A DNA stretch of 64,000 nt from positions 1,644-65,643 of the forward strand of contig NZ_JAZTZI010000124.1 of the NCBI RefSeq assembly GCF_045637405.1, given 5' to 3'. Of this stretch, positions 43,301 through 52,797 are shown one piece after another. The notes below the pieces were generated by a model. That model had not been told where the DNA came from, ran no database searches, and worked only from the letters and a program-made list of their open reading frames with translations. The position numbers and the translations under genes are program-made. Source of the DNA: Anaerovibrio sp. Its GTDB lineage: Bacteria; Bacillota; Negativicutes; Selenomonadales; Selenomonadaceae. Every line of letters starts with the position of its first letter. Within the stretch, counting starts at the first letter, position 1.

Positions 43301-44003
43301 TGTGCTTGAAGATTTAAGCAATACCGAGCTGGTTAAGGGACTGGAGCAGGAGGCCTCCGAGCTTATTTATTATGTTAAGCAGAGAGTTTTCCTAAGATAC
43401 CTTGATTTCTTCCGTGAATCCTTTAACCCGGCCACCTTGAAATCCGGGGGAAATTCCAATGAGCAGTTAAAGGAGGCTCTTGATCAGCTTCTTGAAAGTA
43501 TTGGCTTTGATTTGGCCCAGGAGCTTAGAGCTACCAGCCTTAGAACAGATAACTACATCAAAAACTCCCTGTTAAAATTTCAGGAGCATACCAATCAGCG
43601 TCTTGCCCAGATCAGCAATGAATTTACACTGTCCGTTAAGGAATACAGCTATGAAAATCAGCTGAACTTCCAGCAGGCATTTGTGGGTGTAGACCGCGAC
43701 ATATTTATCAAGCCTCTTTCCATATACAAGAATCCGAAGGATTTCTTCGAGGAGGGAGCCTCCAAAGTTATGGCTGAAGAAATGGAGGTTATACTTTCAA
43801 AGATGGCTGATGAATATCTGGCCAAGGAAAAGTCAAAGCTCCTAAGTCAGGAGAAAGAAGCCCTTTGCGGTCTATATGATAAGGTGTGCCAACGTTTTAG
43901 CAAACGCTTGAAGGAACGTCTGGAAACAAATATCAAAGCCCTCGACGGCGGGCTGAATATCGTAGAGCTGGAGCAGGTTTATAACCAGCTTTTACAGTTA
44001 TGA
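40338..44003 (+). CDS. bacterial dynamin-like protein with two fused GTPase modules (DynA-like)
   Basis: Two sets of G motifs: GHFSAGKS / DTPGIDS / NQIDK, and GAFSAGKS / DTPGADS / NAIDL. At 1221 aa it is similar in size and plan to B. subtilis DynA. Confidence 0.85.
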   Translation: MNKELLENKLTAAYEFFKKINHTRNMNHVRHLAQKLTDKKYGIAFAGHFSAGKSRLINSFLGDNILPSSPIPTSANLVKVYKGEDYARVFFSKGKPRKYLAPYDYELVKSYCRDGDAVSCIELSYSSLHIPEGVEIMDTPGIDSADDAHRMVTEDAIHLADMIFYVMDYNHVQSELNFSFTRDLTKAGKEVYLVINQIDKHRENELSFETFKNSVYKAFEGWGVKAKGVYFISAKYPDAAHNQYEELMALLENKIAHRNDDLEASIYASLNRIITEYIKAVERDSDSKKKEAGAILEGIADEKLQLMRDEYGSLSHEQSILNEDWEETYKAGIAKILDNAYLMPTSTRDLARDYLEACQPSFKVGFFGRGKKTEAELERRKQIFFEDASEKAKTQIEWHLKTFLLDFVRQHNVNNKELQEKIQSLEILPPEELLTEAMRSGAKLTQDGSYVMNYTLNFAEGIKNVARSKAGDIKNIFAELLNNHRAQRIEAINSRLVELEEYHKAWCVLDSLDAEMSRLTKELGDMLSTEDMVETRENIVDISRVEIPDEEIVAPEAALDSKESLIKKVDKAKAETGDKAKGDTQNTHDLDNEASKHLDIFTASGTEKLKEMSVKLHKSAELIGEIPGVGQMAQELQDRAERLNNKGFLVTLFGAFSAGKSSFANSLLGERLLPVSPNPTTAAINMILPVDKEHPHGTVDIKLKSERMLLDDLLRAFKPFNMSPASLKDAITLAKEAMNKGGNTHQKEKSFLRAFISGYETVKNKLGEVFASNLKGFGEYAAQEDKSCFVDWIKVYYDCPMTAKGITLVDTPGADSINARHTNMSFNFIRQSDVVLYVTYYNHAFGKADREFIIQMGRVKDSFQLDKMFFIVNAIDLAEDQDEADHVVNYVRKQLKSYGVSKPQLFALSSQEVLEEREAGNTTPTEFENSFYNFVVNDLNDIALSAARQEFDKAVERIHDLINISKSDSAQKEQRLAKLKRFQQEIGCVLEDLSNTELVKGLEQEASELIYYVKQRVFLRYLDFFRESFNPATLKSGGNSNEQLKEALDQLLESIGFDLAQELRATSLRTDNYIKNSLLKFQEHTNQRLAQISNEFTLSVKEYSYENQLNFQQAFVGVDRDIFIKPLSIYKNPKDFFEEGASKVMAEEMEVILSKMADEYLAKEKSKLLSQEKEALCGLYDKVCQRFSKRLKERLETNIKALDGGLNIVELEQVYNQLLQL

Positions 44004-44086
44004 TATATTTACAATACCCAAAAATATGATAAAATATATTGATGTGTAGAATACAAACTCCTATGTAAGTTGTGGAGGAACAGATA

Positions 44087-44926
44087 ATGAAATTTAATTT
44101 TACCAAGCTTCAGGGCACAGGTAATGATTTTGTTTTAATTGATTGTTTAAAGGAGCCGAAGCTGGACTATATTGGTGCAGCCAAGGCACTTTGTGACCGC
44201 CATTATGGTATTGGGGCAGATGGTATTTTGCTGGTGCTGCCCTCTGATAAGGCCGATATTTGTATGCGGATTATAAACGCTGATGGCAGTGAGGCGGAAA
44301 TGTGCGGCAACGGCATCCGTTGCTTTGCCCGTTATGTTTATGAAAAGGGTATTGTAGCCAAAGAGGAATTCACCGTGGAAACCGGTGCAGGGATTCTTGT
44401 TCCCAAGATGATTTTGAAAAATGGCCGCGTGAGCCAGGTTCAAGTTGATATGGGGGAACCAATCCTTGAAGGTGATAATATTCCAGTTCAGGGCTTTGGG
44501 ATGAACAGGGTTATCAGTGAATCCATTAATGTAAAGGACAAGTCTTTTAAGATGACCTGTGTTTCCATGGGCAATCCTCATTGTGTAGTGTTCGTTGAGG
44601 ATGCAGAGAGCTTCCCTATTTATGAGTACGGTCCTCTTTTTGAGTCCCATGAAAAATTCCCACGAAAGACCAATACTGAATTTGTCGAGGTAAAGGATAA
44701 GACCCACCTTCGTATGCGGGTTTGGGAGCGGGGTGCTGCTGTAACCCTGGCCTGTGGTACTGGTTCCTGCGCCACACTTACGGCTGCTGTATTGAACGGT
44801 CTGGCAGACCGCAAGGCAGAAATTCAGCTGGATGGTGGCAAGCTTCAGGTGGAGTGGGCTGATAATAATCATCTATATATGACTGGCCCGGCAGAAGAGG
44901 TATTTACCGGGGTTGCAGAGATTTAA
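44087..44926 (+). CDS. dapF: diaminopimelate epimerase
   Basis: GTGNDFVLID, the GNGIRCFA region, and GNPHCV and CGTGS with the catalytic cysteines. The ATG at 44087 follows GGAGGA. Confidence 0.95.
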   Translation: MKFNFTKLQGTGNDFVLIDCLKEPKLDYIGAAKALCDRHYGIGADGILLVLPSDKADICMRIINADGSEAEMCGNGIRCFARYVYEKGIVAKEEFTVETGAGILVPKMILKNGRVSQVQVDMGEPILEGDNIPVQGFGMNRVISESINVKDKSFKMTCVSMGNPHCVVFVEDAESFPIYEYGPLFESHEKFPRKTNTEFVEVKDKTHLRMRVWERGAAVTLACGTGSCATLTAAVLNGLADRKAEIQLDGGKLQVEWADNNHLYMTGPAEEVFTGVAEI

Positions 44927-44963
44927 TACTGGTTTGAGACCATTTAAATTTTAGGAGTATACA

Positions 44964-45842
44964 ATGATAAAAAGTATGACCGGCTTTGGCGCCGGCGATT
45001 TTGAAAACGATTCTTTCAAGGCTCATGTTGAAATAAAAACCGTTAATCAGCGGTATCTGGAAGTAAATTTCCACATGCATCACACCTTGGCACGTTTCGA
45101 GGGAGATATAACCAAGAAAATTAAGGAATATGCCTCCCGTGGCAAGCTGGACATCAATGTTAGCTTCCGTGATCTTAGGGAAAAGGCGGTTTCCATTACT
45201 GTTGACAGGGGACTGGTTTATGCTTACAGTGAGGCCTTGGCGGCAATTAATAAGCAGATTGGTACTGACAGACCATATTCTGCCATGGATATTGCCCGTT
45301 TCCCTGATGTACTAAAGGTTGATGACGATGCCAGTGATCTGGATGAGGCAGGTCCTGCTATTCTTTCTGCTGTTGAGGAGGCCATGAAAAATCTTGTGGC
45401 CATGCGTGAACACGAGGGTGAGAATATCCAGGCTGATTTGCTGGCCCGTATTGACACCTTGGAGGACTATGTTTCTCAGCTGGAGAAGCTGGCTCCTGAA
45501 ATCGTGGCAGCTTATCGGCAGAAACTGGAGACTCTTTTGGAGCAGTATCTGGCAAAAGAGGATATTGATGAAAACCGCATTATTCAGGAAACAGCACTGT
45601 ATACAGATAAGGTGAATTACACTGAGGAGGTTGTCCGCCTTCACAGCCATTTTGACCAGTTCAGAACCATCATTAAGTCCAACGAGCCTGTGGGCCGTAA
45701 GCTGGATTTCCTGATTCAGGAGATGAACCGGGAAATCAACACGGTTGCTTCAAAAGCAAATTCCACCGGGGCCGCCCAGATAGCTGTTGATGTAAAATGC
45801 GAAATTGAAAAGATTCGTGAACAGATTCAGAACATAGAGTAA
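44964..45842 (+). CDS. yicC: YicC family stress-induced protein
   Basis: The MIKSMTGFG start and the C-terminal DUF1732-type [13 protein letters not shown]. Confidence 0.9.
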   Translation: MIKSMTGFGAGDFENDSFKAHVEIKTVNQRYLEVNFHMHHTLARFEGDITKKIKEYASRGKLDINVSFRDLREKAVSITVDRGLVYAYSEALAAINKQIGTDRPYSAMDIARFPDVLKVDDDASDLDEAGPAILSAVEEAMKNLVAMREHEGENIQADLLARIDTLEDYVSQLEKLAPEIVAAYRQKLETLLEQYLAKEDIDENRIIQETALYTDKVNYTEEVVRLHSHFDQFRTIIKSNEPVGRKLDFLIQEMNREINTVASKANSTGAAQIAVDVKCEIEKIREQIQNIE

Positions 45843-45856
45843 GGTCGTGGCTTTTT

Positions 45857-46108
45857 ATGAATATAAAGCTTATAAATATTGGTTTTGGTAATATCGTATC
45901 TGCCAATAGGGTGATAGCCATGGTAAGTCCCGAGTCTGCGCCAATTAAAAGGGTTATGCAGGATGCCAGGGACAGAGGCCAGCTTGTGGACGCCACTTAT
46001 GGCCGCAGGACCAGAGCTGTTATTATTATGGACAGCGGTCATGTTATATTGTCTGCGGTACAGCCGGATACCATGTCACACCGATTTGACGAGGAGGATA
46101 AAAGCTAA
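45857..46108 (+). CDS. remA: RemA/DUF370 family regulatory protein
   Basis: [28 protein letters not shown]...[11 protein letters not shown] is the RemA signature. Confidence 0.9.
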   Translation: MNIKLINIGFGNIVSANRVIAMVSPESAPIKRVMQDARDRGQLVDATYGRRTRAVIIMDSGHVILSAVQPDTMSHRFDEEDKS

Positions 46109-46725
46109 TGCGTAAAGGTCTGCTGATTGTTATTTCAGGACCATCAGGAACAGGCAAGGGGACAGTGTGCGAGGTAGTTCGCAAAAAAAATCCTGACATT
46201 GCCTATTCTGTATCAGCCACCACCAGAGCTGCCCGCCCAGGGGAGCAGGATGGTGTAAATTATTACTTCCACACCAAGGAAGAATTCGTTGCTATGATTA
46301 ATAACGGGGAGCTTCTGGAATGGGCCAATGTATATGGCAATTACTACGGAACCCCTCTCAAGCATATAGAGGAGCAGAGAGCCAAGGGCATCGATATTAT
46401 TTTGGAAATAGATACCCAGGGGGCCATGAATGTAAAGGAAAAATGTCCTGACGGGCTGTTTATTTTCCTTGTACCTCCTTCTTTGGAGGAGCTGAGAAAC
46501 CGCCTTTGCGGCCGAGGTACTGAAGATGATGAAAGTCTGAAGCGACGTCTTGGTTCAGCTATTGCTGAAATTGAGATTGGCCGTCAGTACAGATATGTTG
46601 TAGTTAATAAAACAGTGGATATTGCTGCTGATGAAATCACTAATATCATTGAGGCAGAACGACATCGCACTGATTTAAATATTGAAATTTTGGATAAGTT
46701 AAAGAACCGGAAGGAGATTTTATAA
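46108..46725 (+). CDS. gmk: guanylate kinase
   Basis: The P-loop GPSGTGKGT and SATTRAARPGE motif. The start overlaps the remA stop. Confidence 0.95.
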   Translation: MRKGLLIVISGPSGTGKGTVCEVVRKKNPDIAYSVSATTRAARPGEQDGVNYYFHTKEEFVAMINNGELLEWANVYGNYYGTPLKHIEEQRAKGIDIILEIDTQGAMNVKEKCPDGLFIFLVPPSLEELRNRLCGRGTEDDESLKRRLGSAIAEIEIGRQYRYVVVNKTVDIAADEITNIIEAERHRTDLNIEILDKLKNRKEIL

Positions 46726-46940
46726 TGGATATTGTAACCCCATCTTTAGATCAGGTATTACCAAAGGTTGACAGCCGCTACACACTTGTTTCACTTGCTG
46801 CAAAGCGTGCCCGTGATATTATGGATGGCACCCATAAGGTGACTGCTGAGCGTACCTCCACCAGAGATGTAACCAATGCTCTTGAGGAAATTTACGAGGG
46901 TAAGATTACTTACAAGCGTCTGCGCAATACCACTAAATAA
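46725..46940 (+). CDS. rpoZ: DNA-directed RNA polymerase subunit omega
   Basis: 71 aa with SRYTLVSLAAKRARDI, the typical RpoZ core. The start overlaps the gmk stop. Confidence 0.9.
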   Translation: MDIVTPSLDQVLPKVDSRYTLVSLAAKRARDIMDGTHKVTAERTSTRDVTNALEEIYEGKITYKRLRNTTK

Positions 46941-46990
46941 AATAATGTTTAACCCGTACCGTCATTTTGTGTTGTCATAAGGAATAGTCT

Positions 46991-48187
46991 ATGCTAAAAG
47001 ACAAGAATGTTATACTGGGAGTTACTGGTGGTATAGCAGCTTATAAATCTGTGGATCTTGCCAGCAGGCTCCGTAAAGCAGGTGCCTCTGTCCATGTTAT
47101 TATGACCAAGGGTGCCCAGAATTTTGTTACTCCCCTGACGTTTAGGGAGATTACGGGAAATCCTGTAACCACTACCATGTGGGGGGAGGTAACCAATCAT
47201 AATGTGGAGCATATTGCTTTGGCTAATTTGGCTGATTTGGTTATTGTGGCTCCTGCCACTGCTAATTTTATTGCCAAATGTGCAATGGGCATGGCTGACG
47301 ATATGCTTACCACTACGTTGCTGGCTACCAAGGCACCTATATTCTTTGCTCCTGCCATGAACAGCAATATGTACGAAAACCAGCTGACTCAAAAAAACAT
47401 TGATGCTTTGATTGAAAACGGTTGGAATTTCATTCCCCCTGAATCCGGGCATTTGGCCTGTGGTGTGGACGGAGTTGGGCGTATGCCAGAACCGGCCGAT
47501 ATTTTTGATTTTGTGCGCTTTACCATGGCTTTTGCTGCAGATATGCTGGGCATAAAGGTTTTGGTAACTGCTGCAGGGACATACGAGCCTATAGATCCGG
47601 TAAGATACATTGGAAACCGTTCCAGTGGAAAAATGGGCTATGCTATTGCGGAAGCAGCTCAAAAACGGGGTGCTGAGGTTGTTTTGGTATCCGGTCCTTC
47701 TGCACTTAAACCGCCGGAGGGCGTGGAATTTATCGGCGTGGAATCAGCAGCCGAGATGCGTGATGCTGTAATGAAGCATTTCTCTGAAGCAGATATGGTT
47801 ATTAAGGCAGCAGCTGTGGCGGACTACCGTGTACGTGATGTGTCTGACCAAAAGATAAAGAAGAATGATGAGGAGCTGACCCTTGTCCTTGAAAAGAATC
47901 CTGACATATTAAAGGAGCTGGGGGAGAAAAAGAGAGCTAGCCAGATTTTGGTGGGCTTTGCTGCTGAAACCCAGAAGCTTTTGGAATACGCCAAGGCCAA
48001 GCTGGAAAAGAAAAATCTTGATATGATTGTGGCCAATGACGTGTCCCGCAAGGATGCCGGTTTTAATACAGATACAAATGTGGTTAAGCTGCTCTACAGG
48101 AACGGCACTATTGAGGAGCTGCCGATTATGACCAAGCATAAGCTGGCGGATGAACTGCTTACAAAAATTCTTCGAATGAAAAACTAA
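46991..48187 (+). CDS. coaBC: bifunctional phosphopantothenoylcysteine decarboxylase / phosphopantothenate-cysteine ligase
   Basis: An N-terminal flavoprotein domain (ILGVTGGIAAYK) and a C-terminal CoaB domain (RYIGNRSSGKMG). Confidence 0.95.
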   Translation: MLKDKNVILGVTGGIAAYKSVDLASRLRKAGASVHVIMTKGAQNFVTPLTFREITGNPVTTTMWGEVTNHNVEHIALANLADLVIVAPATANFIAKCAMGMADDMLTTTLLATKAPIFFAPAMNSNMYENQLTQKNIDALIENGWNFIPPESGHLACGVDGVGRMPEPADIFDFVRFTMAFAADMLGIKVLVTAAGTYEPIDPVRYIGNRSSGKMGYAIAEAAQKRGAEVVLVSGPSALKPPEGVEFIGVESAAEMRDAVMKHFSEADMVIKAAAVADYRVRDVSDQKIKKNDEELTLVLEKNPDILKELGEKKRASQILVGFAAETQKLLEYAKAKLEKKNLDMIVANDVSRKDAGFNTDTNVVKLLYRNGTIEELPIMTKHKLADELLTKILRMKN

Positions 48188-48200
48188 TATAAAATTATTA

Positions 48201-48240
48201 AAGATGTGTAGACTATATTCGAGTCCGCACATCTTTTTTG
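48201..48240 (+). terminator. intrinsic terminator
   Basis: Stem aagatgtg / cacatctt with an inner gact/agtc pairing, followed by tttttt. Confidence 0.75.
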
Positions 48241-48376
48241 TATTTATATGTCCTTAGTAGTACACAAATCTTTTTTTGCTTAAATATAGATTTTTTCCAG
48301 ATAAATAAAGGATTTTGACCGTTTATTATCGAAGTGTAAAGAGAATGAATTATATTGAAAAATGGAGGGGCTATTT

Positions 48377-50059
48377 ATGTATCAGAACGAATATAAGCGT
48401 TGGATGTCCTTTGACCTTGAGGATTGCGACCTTTATCCTGAATTAGCGAAAATTGAAGGAAATGATGAGGAAATCAAGGATCGCTTCGCTGTATCCCTTA
48501 AATTTGGTACTGCTGGACTTCGTGGTGTACTGGGGGCCGGTACCAACCGCATGAATATTTACGTTGTACGGCAGGCTACCCAGGGCTTGGCTAATTGGGT
48601 AAAGAAGCAGGGGGGCAGCCAGACTGTGGCTATCAGCTTTGATACCCGTCTAAAAAGTGATGTGTTCTCCAAGACCGCTGCAGGAGTTTTGGCAGCTAAC
48701 GGAATAAAGGTCCGTATTTACGATGCAGCTATGCCGGTGCCTGCATTATCCTTTGCTACCAGATATTACAAGTGTAATGCTGGAATTATGGTGACCGCCT
48801 CCCACAATCCATCAAAATATAATGGCTATAAGGCTTATGGTCCTGATGGCTGTCAGATGACCGATGATGCGGCTGCCATTGTATACGATGAAATTCAAAA
48901 GACTGATGTTCTTACAGGGGCCAAGACCATGTCCTTTGCCCAGGGTGTAGAAGATGGTCTTATCCGCTTTGTGGATGATGGCTGTAAAAAGGCCTTTTAT
49001 GATGCTATTGAGTCCAGACAGGTTCGCCCGGGGTTGGCTAAAACAAGCGGCTTAAAGCTGGTTTACAGTCCATTAAACGGCTCCGGTCTGGTTCCGGTAA
49101 CTCAGGTCCTGAAGGATATTGGTATCAACGATATTACCATCGTACCAGAGCAGGAGTATCCAAATGGCTATTTCACCACCTGCAGCTATCCTAACCCGGA
49201 AATTTATGAGGCTTTGGAGGCTGGGCTGAAGCTGGCAGAGAAGTGCGATGCGGATTTGATGCTGGCTACTGACCCGGATGCAGACCGTGTTGGTATTGCC
49301 ATGAAGTGTCCGGATGGTTCCTATGAATTGGTATCCGGAAATGAGATGGGAGTATTGCTCCTTGACTATATCTGCGCTGGACGCATTGAAAAGGGTACTA
49401 TGCCTAAGGATCCTGTGGCGGTAATGTCCTTGGTATCAACCCCATTGGCTGATGCGGTGGCCCAAAATTACGGCGTAGAGCTCAGAAAGGTTCTCACTGG
49501 CTTTAAGTGGATTGGTGACCAGATTCTCCATTTGGAGGAAGCAGGTCAGGAGGAGCGTTTCATCTTTGGCTTTGAGGAAAGCTATGGCTATCTTTCCGGT
49601 TCCTATGTCCGTGACAAGGATGCAGTGGTAGCTTCTATGCTTATTTGTGAAATGGCTGCTTATTACAGAAGTATCGGCTCCAGCATAAAGGCCCGCCTTG
49701 AGGAAATCTATGCCAAGTATGGCCGTTATTACAACAAGATTGACAGCTTTGAATTCCCAGGTCTCAGTGGTATGGATAAGATGGCCGGCATTATGCAGGG
49801 ACTCCGCGACAATCCACCTGCTGAATTTGCAGGGCTGAAGGTTACCAAGGCTGTGGATTACAAAAAGACAGAGGAAACAGGACTTCCTTCTGCCAACGTT
49901 CTTATTTACACCTTGGAGGACGGAGCAACCATCGTGGTAAGGCCTTCAGGCACTGAGCCAAAGATTAAGGCATACTTTACGACATTGGGGAAGGATTTGG
50001 CAGAGGCACAGGCTAAGAAGGATAAGCTGTCTGCAGCTTGTAAGCCTTTGTTTGAATAA
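48377..50059 (+). CDS. phospho-sugar mutase (phosphoglucomutase/phosphomannomutase family, PgcA-like)
   Basis: The active-site loop TASHNPSKYNGYK and metal loop DPDADR. The ATG at 48377 follows GGAGGGG. Confidence 0.9.
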   Translation: MYQNEYKRWMSFDLEDCDLYPELAKIEGNDEEIKDRFAVSLKFGTAGLRGVLGAGTNRMNIYVVRQATQGLANWVKKQGGSQTVAISFDTRLKSDVFSKTAAGVLAANGIKVRIYDAAMPVPALSFATRYYKCNAGIMVTASHNPSKYNGYKAYGPDGCQMTDDAAAIVYDEIQKTDVLTGAKTMSFAQGVEDGLIRFVDDGCKKAFYDAIESRQVRPGLAKTSGLKLVYSPLNGSGLVPVTQVLKDIGINDITIVPEQEYPNGYFTTCSYPNPEIYEALEAGLKLAEKCDADLMLATDPDADRVGIAMKCPDGSYELVSGNEMGVLLLDYICAGRIEKGTMPKDPVAVMSLVSTPLADAVAQNYGVELRKVLTGFKWIGDQILHLEEAGQEERFIFGFEESYGYLSGSYVRDKDAVVASMLICEMAAYYRSIGSSIKARLEEIYAKYGRYYNKIDSFEFPGLSGMDKMAGIMQGLRDNPPAEFAGLKVTKAVDYKKTEETGLPSANVLIYTLEDGATIVVRPSGTEPKIKAYFTTLGKDLAEAQAKKDKLSAACKPLFE

Positions 50060-50143
50060 TTATTGATAAAAACCTACAAAAGCTGTATACTTAAAAGAAA
50101 TTTGTGGTTCGTGTTTTGTGTTTTATGAATGAGGTATATGAAA

Positions 50144-50734
50144 ATGGAGTACATTAAGATTCGTGAGCAGGATGCCAAGCATTATATTTATGAATTTGAA
50201 GGAAGATACCCAGTTATTGACAAAAAGGCATATTCCTTCAGTACCGCCACTCTGGTGGGGGATGTGGAGTTAAAGGAATACGCCAGTGTTTGGCCAAATG
50301 CCACCCTTCGTGGAGACGTAAATAAGGTTGTGGTTGGTCGCTACAGCAACATTCAGGATAACTCCTGTCTTCATGTGGCTGACGACTATGCCTGTATCGT
50401 GGGCGATTATGTAACTGTAGGGCACAGTGTTACCCTTCATGCCTGCACCATTGAGGATTATTGTCTTATTGGTATGGGTGCCACCATTCTTGACGGTGCA
50501 GTTATAGGACGTGGCTCTATTGTGGGTGCTGGTGCTCTGGTTACCAAGGGTACTATTATTCCACCTAATTCCTTGGTAGTGGGTTGCCCGGCCAAGGTAA
50601 AGAAAACCCTGGATGAGAATGGTTTTAAGGCTATTCATGCTCAGGCTGTAAAGTATAAGTCAGAGTGGGCTGAGAAGTATGGCTTGGGACTTGATGTAGG
50701 TGGCGAGATTTACGACGGTTCCAAAATAGTTTAA
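50144..50734 (+). CDS. gamma-class carbonic anhydrase family / hexapeptide-repeat protein
   Basis: Left-handed beta-helix repeats with the WPNATLRGDV...NIQDNSCLHV pattern. The start was chosen by RBS spacing; the track start is 50129. Confidence 0.85.
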   Translation: MEYIKIREQDAKHYIYEFEGRYPVIDKKAYSFSTATLVGDVELKEYASVWPNATLRGDVNKVVVGRYSNIQDNSCLHVADDYACIVGDYVTVGHSVTLHACTIEDYCLIGMGATILDGAVIGRGSIVGAGALVTKGTIIPPNSLVVGCPAKVKKTLDENGFKAIHAQAVKYKSEWAEKYGLGLDVGGEIYDGSKIV

Positions 50735-50759
50735 TTTTAATGGTTTGGAGAGATATTTA

Positions 50760-51665
50760 ATGGCAATAATGGAGGAAAAGATACAGGGTGTTACAGATGA
50801 TATATTTGCAGATGTGGTAGAATCCCATACTGCCAGCAAGCTGTTTGAGCATTTGCAGTTGGATAGGGATGCTATCATACGGATATTGGATAATCTGGTG
50901 GCTATTCTGTTTCCTGCTCATTTTGCCAATCAAAAAACTCCGGGCAGCTATTCGATGTGTTATGAAATGGGGACACGGCTGTCCAATGTTGCGAATTGTC
51001 TTACTAAGCAGGTTATGATTTCTCTTCAACAGCATCCTGAGTACATGAATAAGAACGATGAGGTTAGAGAGGATCATGCTGAAGCCATAGTTGGGGTGTT
51101 CATTGATACCCTTCCGGAAATCCGTCAGCTGTTAAAGAAGGATATTCAGGCAGGCTATGACGGAGACCCGGCAGCCACCAGCTTTGATGAGATTATTTTC
51201 TCTTATCCAGGCTTTTATGCCATTATGGTAAATCGTATAGCCCATGTACTGTATAAGCTGGAGGTTCCCATGATTCCGCGTATTATGACGGAGCATGCCC
51301 ACAGTCGTACAGGGGTAGATATTCACCCAGGAGCCCAAATAGGTGAGTATTTTTTCATAGACCATGGAACGGGTGTGGTAATAGGTGAGACCACCATCAT
51401 TGGTGACAGAGTAAAGCTTTATCAGGGGGTTACCCTTGGTGGCTTGTCTACCAGAGGAGGTCAGAGCCTGCGTGGCATGCGTCGCCATCCAACTATCGGC
51501 AATGATGTTACTATTTATTCCAATGCCTCCATCCTTGGGGGCGAAACGGTTATCGGGGATGGATGTATTATTAGCGGTAACTGCTTTATAACCAGCTCTG
51601 TAGCTCCCGGCATGAGAGTAAGCAATGGTAAGGGAGAGTTGCAGATTATTCCCGATAAAAACTAG
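50760..51665 (+). CDS. cysE: serine O-acetyltransferase (long, EpsC-like form)
   Basis: GDPAATSFDEIIFSYPGF, RTGVDIHPGAQIG and FIDHGTGVVIGET. The ATG at 50760 follows GGAGAG; the track start at 50745 is a TTG. Confidence 0.85.
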   Translation: MAIMEEKIQGVTDDIFADVVESHTASKLFEHLQLDRDAIIRILDNLVAILFPAHFANQKTPGSYSMCYEMGTRLSNVANCLTKQVMISLQQHPEYMNKNDEVREDHAEAIVGVFIDTLPEIRQLLKKDIQAGYDGDPAATSFDEIIFSYPGFYAIMVNRIAHVLYKLEVPMIPRIMTEHAHSRTGVDIHPGAQIGEYFFIDHGTGVVIGETTIIGDRVKLYQGVTLGGLSTRGGQSLRGMRRHPTIGNDVTIYSNASILGGETVIGDGCIISGNCFITSSVAPGMRVSNGKGELQIIPDKN

Positions 51666-51733
51666 AAAGATAATATAGTCATAGCTTAATTTAGATATTA
51701 AACTAATATAATTCATTATTTAATCTAAAAAAG

Positions 51734-51772
51734 TACCAGTCAGCAAAAGAATTTTTGTTGGCTGGTATTTTA
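51734..51772 (+). terminator. intrinsic terminator
   Basis: A 15-bp stem taccagtcagcaaaa / ttttgttggctggta (two G-U pairs), a 4-nt loop and a tttt tail. Confidence 0.75.
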
Positions 51773-52026
51773 GTTTAAAATACAAATAATGTTTCCAAGC
51801 AGGAAATTACAATTGAATAACGAATAGTAACAATTAATAAATGTTTAACATAACTACAGTCCCTTACCTAAATATATTTAATCAAGAGGCTCAGTTATAT
51901 ATAGTCACGTTATAGGGAAGAGTTTCTTTGACAGATTAGGGACCAATGACTTAAGATAAAGAAGGAATTAAGGTCATACACATAGAATTGACAAAGAAGC
52001 AGTAATTTATAGGGAGGTACCTGGAT

Positions 52027-52779
52027 ATGGATATAGATTTTAGCATTGTGTTATTTTTATATAAACCTAGTGTGGTAGCAAAGGCTGTTGAACGGAAGCT
52101 CAAGGAGTGTGGCTACAATGTGGTAACTATTGTAGGTGATTTGGACAAAATCGCGGAAATGGCAGATTCTGCACTGTTATTCGTTACCTACCTGCCAGGC
52201 GATATTGCCGATGATCAGGAGGGAATAGAGATACTGGACAAAATTCAGGAGCAGCTGTGGTATACCAGTACAAACATGCTGCTGATAGGTGAAAAGAAGG
52301 ACCGTCAGCGTCTGATGCAGCATAATCATCGTTTGGAGCATTTTGCATGGCTTGACCGTCCACTTAAAATGGATGAGCTGGAAAAGACGGTTCTAAATAC
52401 GATTTACACTGGTGGAAAGAAAAAAATACTTATCGTGGATGACAATCCATCCTTCTCCAAAATGGTTACAGAATGGATAAAGGAGGATTATCTGGTATAT
52501 AGTGTCACATCTGGAATGGATGCCATCACCTTTTTGCTGAAAACTCCGGTGGATTTAATTTTGCTTGATTATGAGATGCCTGTGGTGGATGGACCGCAGG
52601 TTTTCCAGATGCTGCGCCAGGAGCAGTCCACCAAACATATTCCTGTTGTTTTTCTGACCGGTGTAGGCACCAGAGAAGGGGTAGAACGGGTTATGGCCCT
52701 TAAGCCAGATGGATATATTTTAAAATCAACTACCAGAAGCAGCTTGTTGGAATCCTTAAGGGGAGTTCTTGCAGATTAA
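52027..52779 (+). CDS. stand-alone response regulator: degenerate N-terminal receiver-like domain plus a canonical REC domain, no output domain
   Basis: The C-terminal half has ILIVDDNPS ... LILLDYEMPVVDG ... PVVFLTG ... KPDGYILKS. The N-terminal half has the same fold pattern but lacks the acidic pocket residues. Confidence 0.8.
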   Translation: MDIDFSIVLFLYKPSVVAKAVERKLKECGYNVVTIVGDLDKIAEMADSALLFVTYLPGDIADDQEGIEILDKIQEQLWYTSTNMLLIGEKKDRQRLMQHNHRLEHFAWLDRPLKMDELEKTVLNTIYTGGKKKILIVDDNPSFSKMVTEWIKEDYLVYSVTSGMDAITFLLKTPVDLILLDYEMPVVDGPQVFQMLRQEQSTKHIPVVFLTGVGTREGVERVMALKPDGYILKSTTRSSLLESLRGVLAD

Positions 52780-52797
52780 TGGAGAGGGGCAATCTCT

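Noticed and set aside
48209-48230. tRNA-like T-loop string ttcgagtcc.
   Set aside because: It is part of the coaBC terminator hairpin. No acceptor, D or anticodon arms can be built around it.
44147-51716. Other long antisense ORFs (44147..44872-, 46994..47662-, 50270..50638-, 51132..51716-).
   Set aside because: Each lies fully within and opposite to a confidently identified housekeeping CDS (dapF, coaBC, gamma-CA, cysE).
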